Shown in pieces: positions 30,297 through 39,696 of a stretch of 64,000 nt of DNA (within the stretch, counting starts at the first letter, position 1; every line of letters starts with the position of its first letter). Below the pieces are notes generated by a model, which was given only the letters and a program-made list of their open reading frames with translations, searched no databases and was not told the DNA's origin. The position numbers and the translations under genes are program-made. This DNA comes from a virus: positions 5,768-69,767 of IMG/VR virus record IMGVR_UViG_3300042876_000027, one strand, 5' to 3'.

Positions 30297-33200
30297 TTAT
30301 GCAGGTTTTATCTGTTGCGACTGCCAAGACACTGCATCATATGTTCTATACTTATAATTCTTTAACCTAAACGTTATATTGTCACCAGATATAAACTTGT
30401 TGGTTCCAGTAAATGCCTTGAATAGATCCTGTGGGTCTACTCCATAATATGTAATGTCGGAAAGTACCAGAACTCTATTCCAGTTGTAAGTTGGCACATT
30501 CCAGAAGAACCAGTCTAGTGGAACTATACCATTTTGCTTAACCTTAAGCCATGGTCTCTTGGCAACGCTAGAAACCTCTTGTAGGTTTGTTGACTGATAG
30601 AAAGAAATGTTGTTGAATAGTAGTGGACCAACTAACCTAATACCGCCAACATAATTGGAGAACTCTAGGGTATTACCAAAGCTAATGCCAAGCATCATCC
30701 ATTCCTTAACTGTAATAATTGGATCCTTAACTATCTTACCGTTTACGTAAAAGCCAATACCATTCTCAAAGCTTCCAGTCTTAGCGTTAATTGCATAAAT
30801 CTTAGCCCTTTTGCCATCCCGATCAATAGGTGTCATATAAAACTTGATCGTATTGCTGAGCTTATCCTGGATTTCAAATATCTGAGTATCTCCATAAGAA
30901 AAGAAGTCTTGATCATATCTAACTGCTGCTTGCATAGCAATTACTTTGTAGTTGTCAGACTTGAATTCATTTACTGGTATGTACAAACCTCTAAAGTCTT
31001 CATTAGATACGTCTCCTCTAACCTCTATGCCAGAATATCTGTTCAGGTATAGGTATGGGGTAGAGCCTTTATAGATGCTAAATGGGTTGCTGTTCTTGTA
31101 ATCATAATATACCCCAGACTTTTTAAATGGGTAAAGTGGAACACCAAATCTGGAACCTACCTTGGCAGGGCTAGTTTGACTCATTGACTGAGCAGCATAC
31201 TCAAGCTTTTTGATGGCTACTGGATTAGTGTTAATTCCATCAAGGTCTACCTCGATATGCGTCACAATTGCGATGTCTGCGACATTTACATTTTTAGGCA
31301 AGTAGACGATTGCATTATTCACAATTTCATACTTTGTTGTCATCCAGTCTGATCCTGGAACAATAACGTTATTCTTAGGAGCAGGTGCTGTTGATGTGAA
31401 GTATGATTGTGCTTGTGACACACCAGCATCTAGATACTGGAATGTTATATAGGTTCTAACATGTGACAACGATGTGTCATAGTTGTATATCTTTACTGAC
31501 TTTTCCATCAGGTCGGTATAGTCGTCGTAGCCTGTGTATAGGTGGTTAGAAAGAAGCTCATACGTCTTTCCGTCATAGGCAGCCTGAAGCTGCTCATAAG
31601 TCCAAGACGATGTTGTTTCTTCTTCGTAGAACATTGATGGTGCTGGATAGTCTATGTTTACCTGCACAAAATCTACGTCATAATATGGCTTACCCTTATC
31701 ATCATTAACGTACTTAGCGAAGTATCTCATTGGGATGTAGTCTTCCCAGTATCCGTCAATTGCAATGTCTAGATATGAAGTATCTAGGTATTCCTTAAAT
31801 ATAAGACCATAGCTTGGGGTATGATCTATTGTGTAAGATGTGATGAAGTCATTTGGAGAACCTCCATCTAGAACATACTCCCACAGGGTAGTGTTGTACA
31901 AACCACCATCAATAAATGATGCTGACTGATAAAGATCAAAGACGTTCTCGTAGTCTAGTGGCAAGCCTCTCTCACCAAACAAGGACTCTATTTTAGAGAA
32001 GTTTCTATCATTACAAAATGCAACGGTATATATGTTACCTGCAAATGTCTTTGTAAATGTCTTATCTCCGCCAATGTATAGCGAAATCTGTGACTTATTT
32101 CCAAAGAATGTCAGCAGGTTTCCTCCAAACGCTTGAGTCATTTTATCAATATGGAATCCAACTGTAAACATGTCTCCAACGATAGTTCCATCTGAGCTAT
32201 CAGTTCCCCAAGCCTCGTAAACGACAGTCTCGGTAGATCCATACTTAAGCCTATACTCAATGTTATTATTGGTCATTGCTATAGTAAATGTATTTAAAGT
32301 TACCTGATCTTCAAATAGCATAAGGACTTGTTCAGATGTTGGAAGGGAGTCCTTAATCTTAAAGATACCATAAATAGCAGCAGTATCATCTACTAGCATA
32401 TTTATATTATTGAATAATATGTACCCTGGCTCAATGGTCTGACCTGTCTTAAAGGTAACAAATCTGTCATCTTCATTTTGAACTGAAGCTAGGTCTGAAT
32501 ACCAAGATCCTAAAGTTTTGTTGGTCTGAAAAATAACTTCTGGCAAAGAATAGTTTGGTGCAGTAATTGCCTTGCCAACAGTTGACAGGTTACTGACTAT
32601 TGCATCGCTAAAGCTAGACATGGCAGGATAGTTTTGATTTTTAGAATATTGAGCGAACCCATAGTCGACAACTACAGATGTTCCAGAGTATGCCTTTTCA
32701 ATATTCTCTGGGTACTTGACACCCTGACCATAGACCCATCTTCTTTTAGATACTACGGATGGAACTTCGTATGAGTATATCGCTACAGCATCAATCTCTA
32801 TTGGAGATACATCTTCATAAGCATAGAATCCAAGCCACTCCTGACTCTTACCAGCAACAATTTGCTCTGGAAATACGATAGAATCATCTAGAGTCAAGCC
32901 AACGACCTGCTCTCCATTAATTAGCAGGCTTGCTGATGTTGCAGAGTATCTAATATCTACAAGCATTGGTCTTGCCCATTCACCTACATAGTGACTACCA
33001 ATATTCTTACCAATTACAAGCTTTAGGAATGGACCATCGACATATAAACCATCCTGCGATGTAAGTGGACCAAACACTCTTTTTGGAACTACTGTGTCTG
33101 AAACAACTCGCATCCAGAACTCTGCAGTAAATTGCTTATACCTTCCAGAGTCATTTAAAAATCCCATACTTGGCAGGATCAGTGATGGCTGATTATTATT

Positions 33201-33977
33201 TGGATACAGTATAGTAACGCTAGAAGCTCCATATACCATTGGGATGCCAGAATTTTTTGCCATCAGGGTGTTGGTGCCAGACAAGTAGTACCCATCTTTA
33301 TCCTGCTCTCCATATGCTGAAGCAAGAACTCCAACATTATATGGTGAGCTAATTGGAATATTGGCAGGGATCGTTGATGGCTGAACACCCAATGAGGTAG
33401 CATTGAACTCTTCTGATCTTTGACCAAATGTGGTTCCATTAATCATAAATTCGCTAGATGTATCTCCACCAAGATATACAAATTCTAGGAATATCTCAAA
33501 GTCTGTTTCTTCGTCTGGTATCTTAAATGTTTCTGATATAAGGGTCCACTTATTGGCTTCTGGTATGTCAAATAGCTCTACAACTTTTACGAATGTATTT
33601 GATGTTGGATCTAGATATCTATAGCCCAGGTTAAATCCTGTAACATACTCTGTCTTAGAGTATACATATGTACTAATAGAAAATGTGCCTATGTCAAAGT
33701 TTAGGGATGATCTTGAGATTGATGGTCCAATCATCTGAGTTGTTCCAACCTGCCCCTGTGATAGCAGGGTAGCAGAAACTAGATTAACAACTGAGTCAAA
33801 TGGCTTTTTTGATAGTGTGACTGATGAAGACTCTCCACCCACTATTGTCCAGTTGTCAAAATCTCTGTCATTTTCTGATATTAGTGAAACGTAGTCCACA
33901 GATTCGTCAAGAGACCACATTGCAATGGGGTGCTCTGCAAATATTTTTTCTGCATAAAGGTTGGAAGGACTAGACAT
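30297..33977 (-). CDS. large virion structural protein (LamG/ConA-like domains)
   Basis: HPIAMWSLDE, FTAEFWMR, LLINGEQV, IDAVAIYS. Confidence 0.6.
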   Translation of the reverse strand: MSSPSNLYAEKIFAEHPIAMWSLDESVDYVSLISENDRDFDNWTIVGGESSSVTLSKKPFDSVVNLVSATLLSQGQVGTTQMIGPSISRSSLNFDIGTFSISTYVYSKTEYVTGFNLGYRYLDPTSNTFVKVVELFDIPEANKWTLISETFKIPDEETDFEIFLEFVYLGGDTSSEFMINGTTFGQRSEEFNATSLGVQPSTIPANIPISSPYNVGVLASAYGEQDKDGYYLSGTNTLMAKNSGIPMVYGASSVTILYPNNNQPSLILPSMGFLNDSGRYKQFTAEFWMRVVSDTVVPKRVFGPLTSQDGLYVDGPFLKLVIGKNIGSHYVGEWARPMLVDIRYSATSASLLINGEQVVGLTLDDSIVFPEQIVAGKSQEWLGFYAYEDVSPIEIDAVAIYSYEVPSVVSKRRWVYGQGVKYPENIEKAYSGTSVVVDYGFAQYSKNQNYPAMSSFSDAIVSNLSTVGKAITAPNYSLPEVIFQTNKTLGSWYSDLASVQNEDDRFVTFKTGQTIEPGYILFNNINMLVDDTAAIYGIFKIKDSLPTSEQVLMLFEDQVTLNTFTIAMTNNNIEYRLKYGSTETVVYEAWGTDSSDGTIVGDMFTVGFHIDKMTQAFGGNLLTFFGNKSQISLYIGGDKTFTKTFAGNIYTVAFCNDRNFSKIESLFGERGLPLDYENVFDLYQSASFIDGGLYNTTLWEYVLDGGSPNDFITSYTIDHTPSYGLIFKEYLDTSYLDIAIDGYWEDYIPMRYFAKYVNDDKGKPYYDVDFVQVNIDYPAPSMFYEEETTSSWTYEQLQAAYDGKTYELLSNHLYTGYDDYTDLMEKSVKIYNYDTSLSHVRTYITFQYLDAGVSQAQSYFTSTAPAPKNNVIVPGSDWMTTKYEIVNNAIVYLPKNVNVADIAIVTHIEVDLDGINTNPVAIKKLEYAAQSMSQTSPAKVGSRFGVPLYPFKKSGVYYDYKNSNPFSIYKGSTPYLYLNRYSGIEVRGDVSNEDFRGLYIPVNEFKSDNYKVIAMQAAVRYDQDFFSYGDTQIFEIQDKLSNTIKFYMTPIDRDGKRAKIYAINAKTGSFENGIGFYVNGKIVKDPIITVKEWMMLGISFGNTLEFSNYVGGIRLVGPLLFNNISFYQSTNLQEVSSVAKRPWLKVKQNGIVPLDWFFWNVPTYNWNRVLVLSDITYYGVDPQDLFKAFTGTNKFISGDNITFRLKNYKYRTYDAVSWQSQQIKPA

Positions 33978-34016
33978 ATTTCACCATGTATAGTTTACCA
34001 TATATAGCTAAATTAT

Positions 34017-34628
34017 TTAGTCAATGAGGAACCAGAATCCTGGAGACATATACTTTGTACCACTGATAATTTTAGTAGACTCGTGGACAAATGGCGGTAC
34101 TGATGGAAATATGACTATGCTTCCTGCTTTTGGCTTAATCCTAATACCCTGGTTTGGAAAATTAAGTTCTCCGCCCTCATAATTATCGTTTAAGTATAGT
34201 ACAGAAGATATGTGTTCTATGGTTGGCTCTGGTGGAGAGTCTGTGTGCGGTCCCATAAAAGCATCTACAAAATACTTGCTAATGCTTATTGGTGCTTGCT
34301 TTCCCATTTCAATTCCTAGTGTACTGCAGTAATCTTTGGCTGTTATATCTAAGGCTATTTTTATAAGATCATAAACATTTTTTGTAACATCATCAGATTG
34401 AGCGTAAGCTTCTGGATTTGTTGTTTTCCTAGCACCAAAAATAATATCACTGTTATCACTGGCAGACCATGTGTGCCAAGACGATATTAGTGAGTTATCT
34501 GAAAGACTTCCGTCAACAGCCTCGATTGCAGCAATAACACTAGACGGTATTTCCAAAACATTTTCATAATAGAATATCTTATCTGCATATACCGTTTTCT
34601 TTATAGCATTAGGCAAACTTGTTTCCAT
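34017..34628 (-). CDS. 2OG-Fe(II) oxygenase, prolyl 4-hydroxylase-like
   Basis: HTD, LYLNDNYEGGELNF, HES...GTKY. Confidence 0.85.
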   Translation of the reverse strand: METSLPNAIKKTVYADKIFYYENVLEIPSSVIAAIEAVDGSLSDNSLISSWHTWSASDNSDIIFGARKTTNPEAYAQSDDVTKNVYDLIKIALDITAKDYCSTLGIEMGKQAPISISKYFVDAFMGPHTDSPPEPTIEHISSVLYLNDNYEGGELNFPNQGIRIKPKAGSIVIFPSVPPFVHESTKIISGTKYMSPGFWFLID

Positions 34629-35337
34629 TTAGCCAGTGCTCCTTTTGCTTAGCCTGCTGTTCTCTTACCCACTTAAACTCTTCTTCCCACTCTAGCTTTC
34701 GCTCTTCAGAATATTCTGCATCATCAAAATCCCAGAAAGAAACCATAGTGTATCTAGTTCCATCTGTAATTTCTTTTACTCCGTGAATATTTTCTACACC
34801 ACCAGGAAAGACGTAGTATGATAGCCCATTTGGCTTAAACTCAATATTGTGGTCTGGAAAGTACAACTCTCCTCCACCGTAGTTATCGTTTAAATATAGG
34901 ATCCCTACATACTTATTAATTTCAAAAGCATTGGGTTTTCCATGGCTATCGGAGTTGTCTGAATGTGGATTAGCATATCCACCAACATTCCACTTTTGTG
35001 CATGTGAAGTGTTTGGCTTTACCCCCCTACCAAAAATCTCTTCTACGTGAGCCTTAAAAGACTCCTTCAGCTCTTCAAAAAATAGTCCAGGCAAGCCATG
35101 GTCAGACAATTTGGGATCATTTGGCAAAAGCCCCATACCCTCAGATCCATAGAATGCAATGTCTCCCCAGTCACTAGCCTTATCCTCAAAATACGCAATC
35201 ATTTTATCTGCAGTATCTTTTGTAATAAAGTTTGGAACTTCTACTATACGATTATCTTTAATTCCAAGGATGCTGTTTTCTATTGGCTCGTCCTTATAAA
35301 AAACGAATGAGCTTTTGTCAACTGATTTGATAAACAT
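34609..35337 (-). CDS. 2OG-Fe(II) oxygenase, prolyl 4-hydroxylase-like
   Basis: HSD, LYLNDNYGGGELYF, HGV...GTRY; start refined to MFIK. Confidence 0.85.
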   Translation of the reverse strand: MFIKSVDKSSFVFYKDEPIENSILGIKDNRIVEVPNFITKDTADKMIAYFEDKASDWGDIAFYGSEGMGLLPNDPKLSDHGLPGLFFEELKESFKAHVEEIFGRGVKPNTSHAQKWNVGGYANPHSDNSDSHGKPNAFEINKYVGILYLNDNYGGGELYFPDHNIEFKPNGLSYYVFPGGVENIHGVKEITDGTRYTMVSFWDFDDAEYSEERKLEWEEEFKWVREQQAKQKEHWLNGNKFA

Positions 35338-36005
35338 TATGCCTTCTCTCTGTGTGCCAAAATGGTCCAAAAGAATGGACAGGTATATCTAATTCCAGAG
35401 TTTAAAACAGTAACTCCATGAATATAATTTCGGTCGCCTGGGAAAAAGTAAACTGCTCCCTTTTTGGGCTTAAATTGTATTCCCTGATTTGGAAAGTATA
35501 ATTCTCCACCCTCATAGTCATCATTTAGATAAATAATAGTTGCAAGATCATACCATGGAAAATCATTTGGCTTACCTGCATCGTCACCCTGATGTAGCTC
35601 TTTATCTGCATGAGGCATCTGCAATTGACCTGGCAGCCACTTTACCATTGCTGGAGATGTAGGATTTGCTTCTACATTAAAAAATGACTCAACTTCTGGT
35701 TTAAGCCTATCTACTATTTTTCTAATTAATGCTACTATTTCTGGGTTTGATTTCATCAATGTTGGAAGCGTTGCCACACGGTCTTTCCAGTAATCGGCAT
35801 CGTATATTACTGTACCCTCGTCATTGTAGTGAGTCTCTGTTACGTCCCACTGATCATTATTTCTAATGAAGTTATTAAGTATATCTATTTCTTCTTCGGT
35901 CAAGAAAGGCTCAATGCCACCAATCATCTCTGGTCCTGAACCAAAGAATCCTGATGGCGTGATTGAAACTGGAAGATCGTTATATTGTTTAGTGTTTTCT
36001 GTCAT
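35337..36005 (-). CDS. 2OG-Fe(II) oxygenase, prolyl 4-hydroxylase-like
   Basis: HAD, IYLNDDYEGGELYF, HGV...GIRY. Confidence 0.85.
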   Translation of the reverse strand: MTENTKQYNDLPVSITPSGFFGSGPEMIGGIEPFLTEEEIDILNNFIRNNDQWDVTETHYNDEGTVIYDADYWKDRVATLPTLMKSNPEIVALIRKIVDRLKPEVESFFNVEANPTSPAMVKWLPGQLQMPHADKELHQGDDAGKPNDFPWYDLATIIYLNDDYEGGELYFPNQGIQFKPKKGAVYFFPGDRNYIHGVTVLNSGIRYTCPFFWTILAHREKA

Positions 36006-36019
36006 ATATTAATTATACA

Positions 36020-36748
36020 CTATTCGTACTTACGACGCTCCCATACATCTCTCTGATATACCCCACCATTTGGTACACGGTATTTTTCAGAATTTTCCAT
36101 ATTCTTTTTACGAAGAGTTTCTTGATCTGTGACTAGCTCTACTTCTGAAGTCCAGCTCTCTCTTTTAAATGGGATTATTTGTGCATATGGAGTTCCTGCT
36201 GGAAGAATGCCAGTCCATCCTGATGCAACAAAGAATGGCATTGTTCCTGGCAAGTTTACCTTATCGTTATCAATAATTCCTGCTGTAGTTAAGAACGGAA
36301 GCTCAAATCTATTCAGTGGCTGAGTATAGATGGCACTATACCCTTCTGGCAACTCTACTGCCCAATCTGACCACCAGGCAAAGTGCACTTCTTCATAGCC
36401 ATGTGGAACTGGAAATTGTGGCATAGGGGATCTTGGCTGGACAAAATGAACATACTTAGGATCATCAACCTTTACCGAAAGAACGCCAGAATCAGAGATG
36501 TAAAACTCAATATCACATGGTGTCTTGTAGACATATCCGCTGCCCATAATGTCATAGATTGCTGGGCAGGCTTTCCAAGTAGGAACTTTGCCACCGTCTG
36601 GACCAATCCAGTGCTCGCCATCTGGTCTTTGCGCAAACCTGTCTGCATTTCTATACCAGTCTGGAATAGTCTTTAGAATTGGTGTTGGTCTAGATACGCT
36701 ATCTTCTGTTAGCCAGGACCTGTTTGAAACAAATTTTATAGACTGCAT
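36020..36748 (-). CDS. conserved protein often found with phage oxygenases (DUF6065-like)
   Basis: IPDWY, TWKACPA, GIIDND, GTPYAQIIPFKRE. Confidence 0.55.
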   Translation of the reverse strand: MQSIKFVSNRSWLTEDSVSRPTPILKTIPDWYRNADRFAQRPDGEHWIGPDGGKVPTWKACPAIYDIMGSGYVYKTPCDIEFYISDSGVLSVKVDDPKYVHFVQPRSPMPQFPVPHGYEEVHFAWWSDWAVELPEGYSAIYTQPLNRFELPFLTTAGIIDNDKVNLPGTMPFFVASGWTGILPAGTPYAQIIPFKRESWTSEVELVTDQETLRKKNMENSEKYRVPNGGVYQRDVWERRKYE

Positions 36749-37455
36749 TACTGCTCCTTAGTAGTTTTTAAAATAATTTTCTTTGCTTCGTGCTTACCAA
36801 CAGTAGCACCAAGATGATCTTTAGCGTCTCTATAGAAGTGGGTCCACTCACCACGAGAATTCATTTCTTGTGCAGCATCTCCACGTGCAGACATATAGCT
36901 GTTATAGCTTTCATTATAAATTTCTGATGATGGTTTAATTACCATCTCAAAAGACTGAATGTCAGTTAGCGATATTGGTATGATTGCAGCAATTGGTGTT
37001 CCTGCAGGAATGACAATTTCTTCATTAGCCTTTGTTACCATCCATGCTACTGGAAGCTCTCCTGGCAAAACAGATGTGCTTGTTAAGGTTGTCATACATT
37101 GAGCACCGTCAATAAACTGATTTGGAACAGGCATTGTCAATAGTGTTACGTTTTCGTCTGACTTAAACGTTAGTCCAGTACTAAAGCTTACCGTTCTGTT
37201 ACCACGATATGTATGAACATAACTGTTTCCAGAAAGTATTTTTATATGGTCAGCAGTTGAATCGTTAATGCCATCCCAAATAAATCTAATATCTTCATTA
37301 AATGAAATTCCCCAGCCAAGCCGATTTGCTAAAGAAATAGGAAAGCAATGATACGCATGTCTATCAAAGGTTATGTCCATCCAGTCACGCTTCATTCCAA
37401 TTTGATCTAGAACTGCTGCGTTACCGTTATTTTGGTATACGTTAATGATTGACAT
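36748..37455 (-). CDS. DUF6065-like protein
   Basis: RDWMD...HAYHCFPISLANRLGW, GTPIAAIIP. Confidence 0.6.
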   Translation of the reverse strand: MSIINVYQNNGNAAVLDQIGMKRDWMDITFDRHAYHCFPISLANRLGWGISFNEDIRFIWDGINDSTADHIKILSGNSYVHTYRGNRTVSFSTGLTFKSDENVTLLTMPVPNQFIDGAQCMTTLTSTSVLPGELPVAWMVTKANEEIVIPAGTPIAAIIPISLTDIQSFEMVIKPSSEIYNESYNSYMSARGDAAQEMNSRGEWTHFYRDAKDHLGATVGKHEAKKIILKTTKEQ

Positions 37456-38150
37456 TAGTCACCAGTTTCTTGGTAGAAGCCTTCTCTGTGGTACTTTGCT
37501 GAGTAGTCAAGCATAGTAACAATTGAGTATTTGGTTCCTGAGTGTACTGGCATTGCTCTGTGAGGATACATAAAGTTAGATGGGAAAAGGTATAGATCTC
37601 CTGCCTTTGGCTTGATGTTTAGGTTTTGTAGTCTAAAGAAAAGCTCTCCACCCTCATAATCGTCGTTTGGATATGATACTGCTGATAGGACACAGTTGTA
37701 CGAGTAGCCATTGTCGTGGTGCTCCTGGAAGTGCTGACCTGGACCGTACTTAATAAAGTTCATAGCTTCCCAATAACGAAGCTCTCCGATGTTGTATGTC
37801 CGACAGTAGTGCTTTACTGCTTGAAGCTGTCTAAAATAAACTTCATCCCACAACTGCTGTAGTTTTAGGGATGCCTCTGACCTGTCATCAGCAATGTCTG
37901 TCTTTTTAAACTTAAAGTCTTGGCAGTCACGGTATTCTGGCATCCTCATGCCATATCCGACTTTTGCTTCGCTGTAAGAAAATCTATTATTTGGATCATT
38001 TAAGACATCTTCTAGTCTTGATATAATCTCCATACTTTTTGGAAGAACATCACGGTATACAAGAATACCGTTTCCAAAATCTTCTACAGAAGACCATGTT
38101 TGCTCTTCAATCTGATAATACTTTTGAATTCGTTCGTGAATGTTTTCCAT
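37455..38150 (-). CDS. 2OG-Fe(II) oxygenase, prolyl 4-hydroxylase-like
   Basis: KYGPGQHFQEHHD, NDDYEGGEL, HRAMPVHSGTKY. Confidence 0.85.
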   Translation of the reverse strand: MENIHERIQKYYQIEEQTWSSVEDFGNGILVYRDVLPKSMEIISRLEDVLNDPNNRFSYSEAKVGYGMRMPEYRDCQDFKFKKTDIADDRSEASLKLQQLWDEVYFRQLQAVKHYCRTYNIGELRYWEAMNFIKYGPGQHFQEHHDNGYSYNCVLSAVSYPNDDYEGGELFFRLQNLNIKPKAGDLYLFPSNFMYPHRAMPVHSGTKYSIVTMLDYSAKYHREGFYQETGD

Positions 38151-38159
38151 TATTATTCC

Positions 38160-38891
38160 TTAATATGATAGTTCGTTGTCTGATTCTCTGTAGTTATAGT
38201 TTCTAAGGTTACCCCTTGAATTATAGTCTGTCATAACTACGATTGCATACTTTGTACCAGAGATCATGTCCTGTGAGGCATGTTCGTACACGTATGTTGA
38301 TGGGAAGACTATTACATCGCCAGCCTGTGGCTTAATAGTCAGGTTAAAGCGTGGAAAGTAAATTTCTCCGCCCTCGTAGTCGTCATTTATATATGCAACA
38401 ACAGATACAGTAGTCACATATGCTGGACCATGGTCAGCATGAATCTTAAAGTGTGTTCCTGGTCCGTCGTACTTGACAAAATTAAATGCTTCAAAATACT
38501 GTATACCTACACCCCATGATGCTGAGTAGTGATTAGTGCAACTACGAATTTTCTGAAATGAATCTTCGTGGATATCGTAAAGTGCCTTATTCTGATCATT
38601 AACTGGTCCAAGAGATCCTCTGCGAATCTTAAAATCTAGACAATTTCTTGCTGACTTTACAACATCATCAGATTCTGTGACCATTGCGCCAGACCACTTA
38701 TACTGAGTTTGACCATTAAGCGTATTTTCTAGCACGGAAATATAGCGTTCACCATCTTGCTTTGGAATAGCATTCCTATAAATATTTATTCCAAGTGCAG
38801 GATTAATTACAGTAATGCCATTGCCAAGATTAAGATCTGGCTTTCTATTTGTATCTGTTTCACTTCTATCTAATTCAAACCAACTTGTCAT
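38160..38891 (-). CDS. 2OG-Fe(II) oxygenase, prolyl 4-hydroxylase-like
   Basis: HFKIHAD, INDDYEGGEIYF, HAS...GTKY. Confidence 0.85.
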   Translation of the reverse strand: MTSWFELDRSETDTNRKPDLNLGNGITVINPALGINIYRNAIPKQDGERYISVLENTLNGQTQYKWSGAMVTESDDVVKSARNCLDFKIRRGSLGPVNDQNKALYDIHEDSFQKIRSCTNHYSASWGVGIQYFEAFNFVKYDGPGTHFKIHADHGPAYVTTVSVVAYINDDYEGGEIYFPRFNLTIKPQAGDVIVFPSTYVYEHASQDMISGTKYAIVVMTDYNSRGNLRNYNYRESDNELSY

Positions 38892-38913
38892 GCATTAATT
38901 ATAACATAACCAA

Positions 38914-39681
38914 TTAGCATGGGCAACCTTTAGTACATTCTGGGCAGAATGAGGGTGGGAAGAATGGGAAAAACGGTGGGAAGAATGGGAAAAACGGTGG
39001 GAAGAATGGTGGGAAGAATGGAAAGAATGGCGGAAAGAACGGACCAAAGCTTGGGAAGAATGGGAAGAATGGTGGGAAGAATGGAGCCTGAGTTGTTACG
39101 CTATTAGAGTTTGCAGAGTATACACCAGCACCATTGGCATTCTCAGCACGGACCTGGTATGTTTGAGCTGTGTTAGCTTCCTGTGTTACAACAACTGAAG
39201 TTGATGTTGTTGTTCCAGTTTTGCCATCAGAAGATGTCCATCTGTAAAGGCTGATAGCCTTTCCTCCATTGTTAGGAATATTCCAAGATACAGTATCCTG
39301 ATTTACTCCTGCCGTAGCAGTTGGTGCAGATATAGTTGCTGGAACTGTTGTTGCTGTTACTGAAGCAGAAGGTGAAGACGCTGCTGAGGTACCAAACGCA
39401 TTTGTTGCAGTAACTGTAAAAGTATAAGATGTATTGCTGGACAAACCTCCAACAACAATTGGCGATGTAGATCCAGTTGCAGTGTGTCCTGCAGAAGACG
39501 TTACAGTAAATGATGTGGCTGCACCAGATCCAGCTGGCAAAGAAAATGCTACAGATATAGCACCATCATTAAAGGCACGGTTAGTTCCTACATCTGTACC
39601 AACTACGTTAATTGGTGCCAATGGTGGAATAAAGTCATTTTGTGCTAGTGACTTCTTACCTGCTCTTTTATTCTGTGCCAT
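38914..39681 (-). CDS. fibronectin type III protein with Pro/Phe repeat tail and Cys-rich end
   Basis: GLSSNTSYTFTVTATNAFG and YQVRAENANG FN3 motifs; (PPFF/PFF)n; CPECTKGCPC. Confidence 0.8.
   Translation of the reverse strand: MAQNKRAGKKSLAQNDFIPPLAPINVVGTDVGTNRAFNDGAISVAFSLPAGSGAATSFTVTSSAGHTATGSTSPIVVGGLSSNTSYTFTVTATNAFGTSAASSPSASVTATTVPATISAPTATAGVNQDTVSWNIPNNGGKAISLYRWTSSDGKTGTTTSTSVVVTQEANTAQTYQVRAENANGAGVYSANSNSVTTQAPFFPPFFPFFPSFGPFFPPFFPFFPPFFPPFFPFFPPFFPFFPPSFCPECTKGCPC
38950..39087 (-). repeat. coding tandem repeat (PFF/PPFF)
   Basis: 9- and 12-nt units such as TGGGAAGAA and TGGTGGGAAGAA with synonymous variation. Confidence 0.9.
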
Positions 39682-39696
39682 TTTCTAAATACCTTC

